64,000 bases of DNA from Sphyrna mokarran (Eukaryota). This document shows positions 49,263 through 61,527 of the stretch, in pieces. Location: NCBI GenBank assembly GCA_024679065.1, contig JAGIQG010000001.1:156488001-156552000 (forward strand), given 5' to 3'. The notes beneath the pieces were generated by a model, which was not told the origin of the DNA, ran no database searches, and saw nothing but the letters and a program-made list of their open reading frames with translations. The stretch's first letter is position 1, and every line of letters starts with the position of its first letter. The translations under genes were made by a program, and so were the position numbers.

Positions 49263-50712
49263 AGCACTACAAACAAAGAACAAAACAGCACAGGAAACAG
49301 GCCGTTCAGCCCAACAAGCCTGCACCGCCACACCGATGTTCCCGCTTCTACCCATGATCCCTGTCATCCCTGTCTATGTTTATAAATCTATGCATTAGGA
49401 CCAAATTTGAGACAATTTAGGGAAAATTTGTTCTGCCAATCAGCCTAAGAGCACATCTTTGGGATGTGGGAGGAAACTGGAGCATCCGGAGAAGACCCAC
49501 GCAAGCATGGGGAGAATGCTCAAACTCCCACAGACACAGGCCCAAATCCATGTATCTGCACAGCACAGCAATAGTCATTGAGCTGTCGTGTTGCCCATCA
49601 AATGGTCCAGGTCAAGCGTACACTAATGACGTGAAGCACTAGGATACTCTCGAAAAATCCAAGAGCAGTCCTCTCGCAATCCATCGCATGTATGCCCCTT
49701 GTTAGACAAGGCGGACCGAAGTACCTGTAAGATAAAACAAATACATCAATATCACTGACAATTTACACACTTCCTAGGGAACTTCCAAGGCTCATGATCC
49801 CTATTTTAAATCAGTTTTCTATATCCCTCCATCCCCATTCTGTTCATGTGCCCATCTAAGTATCTCTTAAATAACTCCAGAGTGTCTGTCTCTACTACTT
49901 TACTTGGCAGCGCGTTTCATACCCCCACCACCCTCTATGTGAAAAATCTCCCTCTAGCATCCAAATTATACCCTACCCCCCCTCACCCTAAGCCCATGAC
50001 CTTTTGTGCTATTTGAGTCCATCCTAGGAAAAAGCTTAAACCTGTTTATCTATACCTCTCATAATTTGTACACCTCTATTAGATCTCCTCTAAGTCTACG
50101 TATTTCTAAGGAAAACAGCCCCAATTTGCCTAACTTCTCCTCGTAACTCAGACCTTCCATACCAGGCAGCATCCTGGTAAACCTTCTCTGCACTCTCTCC
50201 AGAGTCTCCACATCCTTCCGGTAGTAAAGCGACCAGAACAGGACGCAGTATTCCAAATGAGGTCTAACCAATATTTTATACAACTGCAATATTAAAGGCC
50301 AGCTCTTGTACTCTATACCCCTTCCTATAAAGGCTAGCATACCATATGCTTTCTTCACAACCTTCTCCACCTGCTCTGCCACCTTCAGAGACTTATGAAG
50401 CTGCACCCCCAGGTCCCTCTGCGTTTCTATACTATTAATAGGTCTACCCTTTATCATATACCTCCCCCCTACATTCTTTCTCCCGAAATGCATCACCTCG
50501 CATTTATCAGGATTGAATTCACATCTGCCATCTCTCTGCCCAAGCTACCGGTCTGTCTATGTCCTACTGTATCACCTGACAATGCTCCTCACTATCTGCA
50601 AGTCCAGCCATCTTTGTATCGTCTGAAAACTTGCTGGTCACTCCACTTACTCCCTCTTCCAAGTCATTTATATATATTACAAATAGAAGAGGTCCCAGTA
50701 CCGAGCCCTTTG
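49263..50712 (-). mobile_element. CR1 LINE 3' fragment (RT C-terminus and 3' tail), relatively young, nested in an L2 relic
   Basis: ORF 50059-50496 reads MHFGRKN..RDLGVQ..LVRPHLEYCVLFWS..LERVQRRFTRMLPG..GLFSLEIRRLRGDLIEVYK. Confidence 0.92.
49410..49598 (-). mobile_element. V-SINE-like SINE nested in a CR1 3' region
   Basis: gcacatctttgggatgtgggaggaaactggagcatccggagaagacccacgca..gggagaatg..caaactcc. Confidence 0.75.
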
Positions 50713-51032
50713 TTGAAGCATTGATAAAGATCAGAGATGCTCAAGGAGTTTGAGGTAATAAGAATGTAGATATTGCAGAGGGTTTAAAGTCTAGAGAAGA
50801 TAATAGAGATGGGGAGGGATAGGGCAGACTTGAAAACAAGAATGAGAATTTTAAAAACAAACCATTGTTTTAATGGGATCCAATATCGGGCAGAGAAGAT
50901 GAGGATGATCGATCAGTGGGACTTGGTGCAACACGGTTAGCAGTGTTTAGTATTCATTTTCCTGGTATATTGAAGGGAAAAACAGTATCATTCAAAGTAT
51001 TATTGTGATTGTGTGTGCATTGGTTAAAATTA

Positions 51033-51393
51033 AGGGGAGGCAATACAGTAGTGGTATTGTCATTGCACTAATAATCCAGAGATCTATGGTGATAGTCTTG
51101 AAACCCAGATTTGAAACCCACAATGGTTGATGTTGAAATTCATTAAATAAATCTGGAATTAAAAGTTTAATCATAACCATAAAATCATTGCTGATTGTTG
51201 TAAAAACTCAGCTAGTTCAGTGATATCCTTACCCAGTCTTATCTAAATGTGACTACAGATCCACAGCAATGTGGTTGACTGTTCATTGTCCTCTGACATG
51301 ACTAAGCAAGCCAGTCAGTTCAGGACAGTTTGTGATAGGCAATAAATGCTGGCTCAGCCAGCAATGTCCACATCCCATGAATGAATAAAAAAA
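51033..51393 (+). mobile_element. Second tRNA-headed SINE family copy
   Basis: gtagtggtattgtca..taatccagag..aaatctggaatt..ccacagcaatgtggttgact..catcccatgaatgaataaaaaaaa. Confidence 0.75.
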
Positions 51394-52014
51394 ATGGAGT
51401 TGATGTTTGAGTAAAAGACATTAGCCTTTTAGTTCTGGTATCTGAATTGAAATCCAGACTAGAGTGGTGTTACGAACCTTTTCCTATGTTTGCTACCTCT
51501 TAAAAATTTCATTCAGACGTCAACACAAGACAATCCCTAACTTGGAACTAACTTGGCAGGCACTTTCAGAGATGCCATTTTCAAGATGGTTATTGTGGGA
51601 GATTAGAAAAGTATACAATCTTGGCTATTCTTCTATGATTGAGGTTAAGGCTGACATACACTCGAGGCAGAGTAGAGGCTGGTGAATAGTACTTGCAATT
51701 GTCCCAAGCCTTGTGTAGAATTCTTGGTGTTAAAATAGGGAACTGAAATGGCAAGCACTCTCTTTCCTAGCATTGGCATTGTTAACTTTGTTAAGCTCAA
51801 AGTTCAGATAAAACTGGAGTGTGTTTGGACTAGTAAGTACAATATATAAATATAGAAGAATGGAGATAAGAATGAAGAAATGTCATATAATAATGAAATA
51901 GTGACATAGACATTATCAATACTTGAATATAGAAGAATGGAAATTTATAGTATATACAGAAAAAACATGCAGGTTAATAGTTGGTAATATGTACATGCAA
52001 AGGAATGGAAATTG

Positions 52015-52335
52015 GAATATAAAGGCAAAATACTGTGGATGCTGGAACCTGAAACAAATATAGAAAGTGCTGGAACAACTCTGGCTGGAATTTTACCAGA
52101 ATTAGAGGGGCAGGGGTGCGGACTATGGAAAAGGCCATTCACCTCAGATGGGATTTTACAGTCTCAGGATGGGCTATGTCATACAATCCCACCTAGCCTT
52201 TCTAACAACATCTGTGGAAAGAGAATAGAGCCAACGTTTTGAGTCTTTCGTTATCCAGACCCAAAACGTTGGCTCTATTCTCCCTCCGCAGATGCTGTCA
52301 GACCTGCTGAGCTTTTTCCAGCACTCTGTTTTTGA
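52015..52335. mobile_element. Penelope-like fold-back element with a ~120-bp insert (52082-52200)
   Basis: Same arms as the 48785 element; near-perfect hairpin at 52201-52302. Confidence 0.7.
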
Positions 52336-53689
52336 ATGGAGGCTGTAATACTGGACTGTTAAATTTACCTGTGAAGAAAGTAGCAATTGACTTACTTGGT
52401 GACTAGTGGAGTAGGTATGCAAGCTTTCTCACTGCTAAGAAGGAACATTTGTGCAGTAGTTGCTCCGGATCCTATACTTTATTTTGATCACTTATCTGGG
52501 CAATGACATCAAACGTGACAGGCGTTTTGCTGATGACACCACTCTGTACAGAGTTATTAATTCACCGTCAGTAAGCAAGAAGGGCTTGAACAATTGTAGG
52601 CAGATACTGGGGGGAAAATGTCTGAACAGTGGCTGACCAACAGTGTGTTATCTTCAGCGAAGAGATGACTAAATCAATGGCTCTGCTAAGAATTACGTCC
52701 ACTGTAAAGGACCAAATGTTCTTCGATTACAAACGCCTAGCTCTGCAATATGGGTAATTAAGTCTGAATTATAATGGGACAGGTGAAAATGTCAGACTGA
52801 TTGCAGAATAAAAATTTTCAAGGAAACAGGATATAAATAACAGTCAGTCACACCTGCATTGTACAGGTGTAGAACCAGTGTTTGAATAGTCAAATTGCTA
52901 TGCTGAGTTAATGATAGAGTATTATAGCTTTGTTATATCAAAATAATAGCTTTATTATATCAAAATAAAATCTTTGCTTTGTTCTTGGAATTAAACCACT
53001 CTGAAACCATTAAATCTAATGGATTGGAACACTTTGCCTAGTATCTTACCAAAGTCCTCACCCTTAAAAATTATGGAAAATGTAGCTGGGTGTCGATCAC
53101 ATAATGGTGACTCTAAAAGTCACTTGTGCTTAAGCCTGAGACACATATTTATGTCAGAAACACAGTAACTCCATCTCAGCATTCATTGCCAATCTAATAG
53201 ACTCTTCACTTTTTGTTTTAAATAATGTTTTATGTATTATTTCTCCTGCCTGTAGAAACTAGACCAGTGCTTTTGTCTGAAACAAAAAAATGTTTGTATG
53301 GAATAAAAATCTGAACACAAACAACTTTACCTGCTAGACGAGGGCAGCTGAAATGAAAATGAGGTTATAGGAAAGCATAGGGCTTCCCATTTGATTCTCT
53401 ACTACAAATCCTTCAGGGTCTTTATGCTTTCAAGAACAATGCCTAAGTTGCACTGCATTGTTGTTTTGGCAAGTATGTAAGAAAATTAGACTATTTCCTT
53501 AGTGATGAGAGACTAAGAATTGTGGAGGAATAAAGGCATACAGGCAACTGTTATACAGCTTTAATTTAAACACATTCCAAGCATTCTGGTTTAATGAGAC
53601 AAAAAAGGACAATGATTCAATTCTTTATTTAACACTTCTAATACCAACACAAACATAAATAGTTGCAAGTCATTTACTCTTTATTGAAC

Positions 53690-53800
53690 ATTAACTCTAA
53701 CTGAACATCAACTTTCAACTGAACTTTTTAACACTGAAACTGCATATTAACTTTAACTGAACATAAACTTTAACTAAACATCAACTTTAACTATTTAACT
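53690..53800 (+). repeat. Short tandem repeat (TTAACTGAACATCAACT-like, ~5 copies)
   Basis: Repeated aactgaacat / aactttaact units. Confidence 0.6.
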
Positions 53801-54589
53801 GCAAATAGATACTACTGAGTTTAGGAAAATCTTGACCAAGAAAAATCTTCAATGTAGAATCTATATTCTTCTTCTCTGAAGCATCCTTCAGGGTACAAGC
53901 CTTCTTGCAATGTTTGGTCCCTTTGAGTTATCGCTGCCAAACAAAGGCTCACGTGTCTCTTTATCTATAATTCTTGACTCGATTCCAGAAAATTCTCTGA
54001 CATCCAGCCAATTGTGTAACTAGAAATTGATCAGATGGCTTGAACATCCAATGAAATTACTTTTGAACAGTGCCACGATGCTTAGTTCATTTGACATGTC
54101 CCATATATAAAAATCAGAGCTATGATGTCTTAGTTAATGTAAACAACTTCCCCTTATCTAGCCCAACACAGGAAGCTTCAGATCATAGCTCCCAGTCCAG
54201 AGCCTGTCTACGACCTGCATCTAATTTTAATCTATAAATCCATCAAAATTCCCAGCATGCTTCACTTAGTCTGAAAAGCTATTTTAAAGCTTATTTTGCC
54301 ACTATTGTTGTTAAATTATTGTTGCAGCTGTTCTTTATTCGTCCATAGTAACCATAAATACAAGCTGCTTAAAACTAGTGCTCAAGTGCAAAAAAAAATC
54401 AAAAGAGCAAAGAGAGGTTGGCTTTTGATTCCAGAAATTAGAATATACAATTGAAGGAAATGGAATTTCATTTGTAGTAGAGTCTTTGTCAATTCCCATC
54501 TTGTGCACTGCATTCAGTTTTGGCAAAGGAACATCATGTTGACTGTTCTCATGTTAGAAAGGGTACGGCATTCATTTATCTGGATTTAA

Positions 54590-54995
54590 TCAAGAGATGT
54601 TAGCATAGTGGTAATGCCACTAGAATTGTGATCCAGAAGCCTGGGATAATGTTCTGGCGAAAAGGGTTTGAATCCCACCATGGCATCTTGTGGAATTTAA
54701 GTTCAATTAGTTAAATATGAAACAGAAAGCTAGTCTCAGCAATGATGATCATGAAATTATCATTGTTTATCATTAAAAAAATCCATCTGGTTCACTTTGT
54801 GCCCTTTAGAGACACAATTCCCTTCTTCTTATCTGCTCTTGTTGACATGTGACACCAGACCCACAGCAATGTGGTTTATTCTTAACTGCCCACTGAAGTC
54901 ACCGAGCAAACTGCTCAGTTCAAGGGCAATTAGAGATGGACAACAAATATTGGTTCGCCAACAATGCCTGTGTCACATGACATAATAAAAAAAAC
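54590..54995 (+). mobile_element. Second tRNA-headed SINE family copy
   Basis: catagtggtaatgccactag..gggtttgaatcccacc..ccatctggttcact..ccacagcaatgtggtt..aataaaaaaa. Confidence 0.75.
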
Positions 54996-55759
54996 ATTGT
55001 GAGAATAAGGTGCATAAACCTTGGCTCCCCCACTGGACATTTCTTTTGAAGGTGTGTCACGTAAAATATAAGAGCTGGCAAACCCACGATGACCTTGCCC
55101 ACCCATCCAAGCTGACTCCATATAATGGTAGGTGGGTGGTCACCACTATTGGCAACCAACCTGTTTCAGATAAATAACTAAAGATTATTTGAGCTTGTCA
55201 GCAAATAAATTGACCCATACAAAATGCTGCCCAGGACAGTTTATGCGGATAGGCAGGCAAGATTGGGCAGTCTGCTTTAAAAGATTATAAAGGTAGAAAG
55301 AAAGGAGAAGCACATTATTGATGGGATAAGGTTAATGCATCAGGGGCATCCTCCTTCGGCATCGGGAGCATCCTGTTTCCCCCCCACAACCTCAACTATG
55401 GAAAGTTAGAAATCCTCCCCTTTGCTCCTCCTTACCAGACCATCAATGCACACACTACCTAGGCTGCCCGATTCCTTCCTCGATGCAAGACTCTCATTTA
55501 TCTAGGTCCAAATACCATGGCTGTCTTCCCCTTGGGAATGCTTGCAGTTCCAGCAGCACTCTCTACTCCATCTTGGTAGAGGGGCAGAAGGCTTGCCTTT
55601 GGCCTGTTTAACACAGTATGGTTGCATGGCAGACGGTTTTTTTTTGTGCATTGGCTGTCGGCCAATTATTCCAATAAGTGAGGGGGATGGTGAGCATTCT
55701 GCCCTCTGTAAAATCCAGCCCTTTGCTTGTATTCCCCTGAGCTTAGAAGGTTCAGCGAT

Positions 55760-56065
55760 GATCCACAGAAAAGTTATTTCCTGTCATGGAGAAACAAAGA
55801 ATAAGGGCATAATTTCACAGTTGAAGCTAATTCCATTTCGTAATGAACTCAGGAGTATGCTTTCACACAAAGGGTAGTGCGGCTATTGAACATTTCTGAT
55901 TAAAAGGCTCAAGGTACTAAGATTGGTAGATTTTTATTAGGTAAGAATCTCAATGGATTTTGTAACAATAGCAAAAAAATGGAGCTGAAGTATTGACTAG
56001 TCTAAATGAATGGCAGAACACCCTCAAGAGGCTAAACGGCCAATTCCTGTTCCCATCTTCTTGCA
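55760..56065 (+). mobile_element. Decayed CR1 3' end
   Basis: tttcacacaaagggtagtg..gattggtagattttta..aaatgaatggcagaaca..aattcctgttcc. Confidence 0.55.
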
Positions 56066-56204
56066 ATCCAATAATCTTCCTACAATCCTACTCAGATACG
56101 TACATGCTGGGGAAATTGGAAATGGTTAGGCGGTCAGTTGCTGGCTTGGTGATTGGTAATGCAGCAAGATGTGCAAATTTGGTTTTGAAAGGTTTTTTAC
56201 AAGT

Positions 56205-56725
56205 GGGATAGGAGTTGAACTTGTATAAGACACTAATTAGGCCTCAGCTGGAGTATTGCACTTTAGAAAGGAGGTGAAGGCTTTGGAAAGAGTGTAGAAA
56301 AGATTCCCAAGAGTTTTCCAGGGAAGAGGAACTTCTATTGTGTAGATAGATTGGAGAAATTTGGACTACTTACTTTGGAAAGAAGGAGATCGAGAGGAGA
56401 CTTGATGAGGTATTCAAAATCCTGGGGACCCTGGGTAGAATAGATAGGGGAAAACTGTTCCCACTTGTGAAAGAATGAAAAACAAGAGATCACAGATTTA
56501 AAATAACTTGCAAACAATGCAAAACTGATAATGAGAAAGAGCTTTTACAAACTGAGTGGTTAAGATCTGGCATGTGCTATTTGAAATGTGGTGGAAGCAA
56601 GTTCTACTGGAGCATTCAAAAGAGAACGTTAGGGAAGAGGGCAGGAGAATGAAATACTCATTTGGAGAGCCAGTGCAAAAACAATGGGCTGAAGAGTCAC
56701 CTTCTATGTTGTAAAAATTCTGTGA
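56205..56725 (+). mobile_element. CR1 LINE 3' fragment
   Basis: ttgtataagacactaattaggcctcagctggagtattgc (LYKTLIRPQLEYC) .. agaggagacttgatgaggtattcaaa. Confidence 0.8.
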
Positions 56726-56920
56726 TTGCTGTGAAGAATGCAAGTTAAGCTGCAAACAAAGTGGCTGTATGTGAAAGTAGTTGTAATTTCAGCGGACAAG
56801 TTTTCTCCAATGTAATAAAGGTTCCATCTTTTTTTCCTGCATCGCTCTCCCTTTTGCTATCCCTGGCTTCCTCTTTCTTTTGACCAATGGGGCAGGGTAA
56901 TATTAACGAATGGAGTAGTT

Positions 56921-57415
56921 AATTCATAAAATCCTACAGTGCAGAAGGAGCCCCCTTGGCTCATTGAATCTGCACCGACCACAATCCCAATCAGGCCCTA
57001 TCCCCATAACCCTATGCATTTACCCTAGCTAGTCGCCCTGACAGTAAGGGGAAATTTAGCATGGCTAATACACCTAACCCACACATTTTTGGGACTGTAG
57101 AAGGAAACCGGAGCATGATGTTGGAATCCACACTGGGTGAAATGCTAGAAGACATTCAAGCCAGTTAGTTTCACTGGAGAATCACTCCCAGAGTACATTC
57201 ACCTTGGTGACATTTGCAAGTTGGAGATAGGCGCACTAGCTATTAAAGCAGAATGGTTGTTTAAAACAGTGGTTAATGACTAACTACGCAGGAGGAAACC
57301 CATGCAGACACAGGGAGAATGTACAAACTCCACACAGGCAGTGACCCAAGCTGAGAATCGAACATGAGTCTTTGGTGCTATGATGCAGCGGTGCTAACCA
57401 CTATGTCATCATGCC
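56921..57415 (-). mobile_element. HE1/V-SINE-like SINE (tail A) interrupted by a 175-bp filler at 57116-57290
   Basis: The SINE core ggaaaccggagca|ggaggaaaccc is split, and the two halves are otherwise collinear. Confidence 0.85.
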
Positions 57416-58029
57416 ATTTGGGGATAAAATGACAGCATCAAGAACTCCAGTGACAGGAATAACATGGCTTACATAGAAATCCTTCTATTTTACTCAAAAA
57501 AAAACTGAGAAGCATCCCAAAGTTTTCTGCATTCAGGTGCTCAAATTTTCAACTTCCATGTCATGCCTGTCTGCGAAAAGTTGTTATTTAGTTTGAAATG
57601 AGGACATTTTTGTGCTGTTAGCTCTGTCTTCCTTGGAACTAAATCAAGACTTGGCAAATGAATTAATGTTGAACTCCTACAAACACAAAATAAATCAACT
57701 TACAGGTCAGGTTTAAAGTGTTTCCTCAGAGGTGAAGGAACTCATTGTCCTTTAACCCACTGAAGCATTAGCTATCTTTCCAAACTGCTCCTTAAAAATT
57801 GTGTCCCAGTATTCCTTTGAATTATAATTAGTGGTGCTGCTGGCACAGATGGAAAGAGATAATCCTGACCTTCAGTGGAAGCAAAAGTCTGGAGGGATTT
57901 ATAACTGGCAGCTGAATCAATATCACCCATTTCACACTATTATCCACAATTTTAACATTTCCAAAAATGGGTGTGACATTTGTGGAACATGAAATCCAGG
58001 CATAGGACGTGAGATATCCACAGCCACTC

Positions 58030-59705
58030 AAAGGGGATTTTTATGTGGGTGGGGAACAGGGAGTGAGTAGGCAGTTAAATACCCAACACGTTCCATCAAG
58101 TTTGGATCCCAACATCATTTTGCCCACTCTTCGGGTTTCACCAGGGCAGGTTTGCAGCCAAGTAAGAAATCCATTCGGAGCTAAGTCATTACAATATTCA
58201 AATAGTCATTAACTGCTGTCTTAAACAATGATCCTGCTTTAATAGCCAGTGCACTTATCTCCAACTTACAAATGTCACTGAAGTGAATATACTCTGGGGA
58301 GCACTTCACCAGTGAAACTAATAGACTTGTTATTCTTCTAGCACTGAAAACAAAGAGTTCTAACTATAACCAGAGGCTGGTGCTCACATTGCTGTTTATC
58401 AAATTCACCACTGCTTATCAGGAGATTGCCAGCTTCTTGGGTGTTAGTTCATTTACCTTGGACCTCACTCACCTTCAGCTATCATTCTCTGCTACCAGCC
58501 TTCACCATGGCATGGAAGCTGCTTGACAATGGACCTCAGAGCAACAATGCCACCACTAGTAGTATCCAGCAGCAGCAGGAGCAACACACCAGTGACAGCA
58601 CTAGTTGCCTCCTCAGCCACAAACTGTCCCACAGAATAGAGATGATAGGCATAGAAATGCAACTCCAAGGAGACATTACCACCCCCCCCCCCACCCCAAT
58701 CACCACCACCACCAATAGAGTGAGTAGTGACAAAGGATCAGCTCTCTAGACAATTTAGAGCACCAGGACTTCAGGAGGCTAAGACACTCACAGCAGCTTT
58801 TTGCTGAAGTCTGCAGCTTCCAAGAACAAGATCTCTTGGGCTAATGGACCATGTGGGCATGTGTTGCCGGTGGTTGTCGAGGTGGCTACCACTGGAAAAC
58901 CAATCCATCAGCAACTTCACCACCATTTCCCCATTCCACTCAGATCATTATCTCTTCATGAAGGTGCACGTGCTCTTCTCTTGCAAGAGTGTTGAGAGTA
59001 AGAACTGGATTTTGTAGAGAACAATGGTTAGCACTGTTGCCTCACAGTGCCAGGGACCCAGGTTCGATTTCCGGCTTAGGTCACTGTCTGTGTGGAGTCT
59101 GCACGTTCACTCCGTGTCTGCGTAGGTTTCCTCTGGGTGCTCCGGTTTCCTCCCACGCACTCCAAAGATGTGCGAGTTAGGTGTAATGGCCATGATAAAT
59201 TTCCCCTTATTGTCAGGGGGACTAGCTGGTATAAATGCGTGGGGATAGGTCTTTGGCAGGATTGTGGTCAGTGCAGACTTGATGGGCTGAGTGGCCTCCT
59301 TCCACATTGTGGGCTTTCTGTGTTCAGGGTGTCTGTGAGGTATGGGTGTGGGAGGGCAGAAGGATGAGGAATGCGGCTATGATGTACTGGGGTGGGTATC
59401 ACAGGAAATACTGGGAAAGTCTTGAGTTTGGGTTTGGGTATTTAATTCCCAAAACACTCCCTTTGAAAATGTATGCCACTCATTTTACCCACCCTCCTGA
59501 GATCCTGAATCCTCTTGGTGCACTGTCTCCATATTGCTGCTAACTTCCTTGGTTTCTTTCATGCATTCCCCAGAAAGTTTGGCCTCTTCTCATCCCTGGG
59601 AAAGGTTATCTCACTGCAGTGCCTTAGACACTGCAGCTGAGAGATATGGCGGGTTGGATAGATCTTTTTTTTCCTGTGGCTGTTGCAGCCTCAGAAAATC
59701 CTGTG
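58030..59705 (+). mobile_element. Decayed PIF/Harbinger DNA transposon with transposase remnants
   Basis: Frameshifted peptide remnants RISSLDNLEHQDFRRLRHS (~58735-58790) and NGPCGHVLPVVVEV (~58840-58885) resemble HARBI1-like transposase N-terminal motifs. Possible degenerate termini ggggatttt (58033) and aaaatcc (59695). Confidence 0.5.
59018..59322 (+). mobile_element. HE1/V-SINE-like SINE (tail A) inserted in the Harbinger relic
   Basis: tggttagcactgttgcctcacagtgccagggacccaggttcgatttccggc..ggtttcctccca. Confidence 0.85.
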
Positions 59706-59910
59706 CAGTTCAGCTATTGTAACCCCTGCTGGTGTTTCTGTAATTAGAAATCCATTCTTTAACAAATCATCCCATCGATCCTCCCCAATTGTCCAGTGAG
59801 CCCAGAGGTGGAATTCTAATGCCGTAATTCAGTTAAAGAGTCAGAGCCACATTTCTTGTATCTGCCAATAAGTTTCTGACCTGCTACAAGGTACACTACT
59901 TTACCTGGGT

Positions 59911-60045
59911 TCATAGAATCCATACAGTGCCAGAGCAGGCTATTCGCCTCATCAAATTTGCACCAACTCTCCAACAAAGCATTTCATCCTATACTATACA
60001 TCTTGGGACACTAAGGAGTAGTTCAACATAGCCAATCCACCTAAC
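59911..60045 (-). mobile_element. SINE 3' fragment, tail A
   Basis: tcatagaatccatacagtg..atagccaatccacctaac. Confidence 0.65.
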
Positions 60046-60606
60046 TGTCGTTGAAAATTCTGCCTGTGGACTCCTCGAGAAAACAACCAAACTCGAAACA
60101 TAAATCAAATCAAACTTCAAGATATTAATTCATTCTTACAATTTGCACTGTTGAACTCTGAGTTGTTCTTTTGAAAGATGACTCATTATAACAAAGGGAA
60201 CCTTGTGTTCCACAAAGTCTTTAATACAAAGTCTTTACATATCCTTATAATCTTCAATTCTATTGTTAACCAGATACCTATCTAACTCTTTCAAAAGGGT
60301 TAATCATGCAGCCGTAACTGTTTTCCAGATATCTAGTGCCCTTACCGAAAAATAATCTTCTAATCTCTTGTTTCATTTGAGGCTTGCTAATACTGTGCGC
60401 ATGTTTTCCAGTGATGTGATCACAGTCTGGACTACATGACTTGCTCGAGTCTATATGACCTTTATTTCTTACAACTTCAAACTGAATCATATTATTCCCT
60501 CAATGTTTTTTCCTGTAATGGAAGCAAGCTGAGTCTCAGAGTTTAACAATCTGCCTTGCTGTTCATTGAACTCTCCAATGCATCAGTGTTTCTTTGTAGA
60601 ATTGTA

Positions 60607-60832
60607 GATTCTGGCCTTGGGTGACTGTCTGTGTGGAGTTTGTACATTCTCCCTGTGTCTCTGTGGGTTTCCTCCAGTTTCCTCCCACACTGCAGAGATG
60701 TGAAAGTTAGATTGATTGGCCAATGGGGATTAGTGGAGTAAATACATTGGGCTACGGGGATAGGATATGGACGAAATTGTTGTCGGTGCAGGCTCGATGG
60801 GTCAAGTGGCTTCCTTCTGCACTGTAGGGATA
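60607..60832 (+). mobile_element. SINE lacking its 5' head, tail A
   Basis: ggccttgggtgactgtctgtgtggagtttgtacattctccc..ccttctgcactgtaggga. Confidence 0.8.
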
Positions 60833-61527
60833 TATAATTCAATTAAAACAGCACAATAAAGTCACACACAAAAAATACAGAATATATTCTTAGCAACAAA
60901 TTATATGGAACTTGACTTACATATCTTGAAGATGATGTTTGAGTATTGGATATTCAGTGAAAGATCTATAATCACACCAAATGCTATTCCTTGCCACCAT
61001 TTTGTTCCAGACACTCACTTATTCCGTACCATTGTAAATTTGCAAGTTTATTATCTTTGCAATTACAACCTTGTTGAAATGTTTCTGTCATCTCTTAGCT
61101 AATCTTTGATTTGTCCAGATCTCTTGTCCAGAATGCTCTGTTAGATTTTGTTCAATAAAGCTCCTGTGAAGTTGCTTGGACCATTTTATAAATGTATTGA
61201 TGCGATGCAAATGGAAGTTGTTATTATTGATTTTTCACAAAGGTCAGACCTGGATACTACCCCTTGCTATTAATGAAATATATGGAGGGATGAATCTTCA
61301 TATACTCCTGAAATGACTGCTCTCCAGTAAGAGCTTTTTCCAATTATCATCAGCTATCATCTATGTTAATTACTTTATAATGGCTCAGACTATATAGAAA
61401 TATTCTCTTTCCAGTGACTGAAGAATTTAGATTGAGGGGACATTGACATTCAGGTAAAATGTCAGAAACTTAGGACTGAAAGTAGGAGAAACCTTTTACA
61501 CAGTGTATTGTGAGGCTGCAGAACATT

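Larger units (their letters stand above)
48650..50940 (-). mobile_element. Old L2 LINE 3' fragment split by a Penelope-like hairpin and a CR1 (L2 parts ~48650-48784, 49166-49262, 50712-50940)
   Basis: gagatggggagggatagggcagacttgaaaacaagaatgagaattttaaa; similar to the L2 remnants at ~6010-6230 and ~26560-26760. Confidence 0.6.

Noticed and set aside
50059-50496. 145-aa ORF as a host gene
   Set aside because: It is the RT C-terminal fragment of a 5'-truncated CR1 LINE.
2445-60240. Short local duplications (2445-2490, 9733-9771, 51849-51941, 52915-52970, 60210-60240)
   Set aside because: These are 12-25-bp tandem or near-tandem slippage products with no sign of function.
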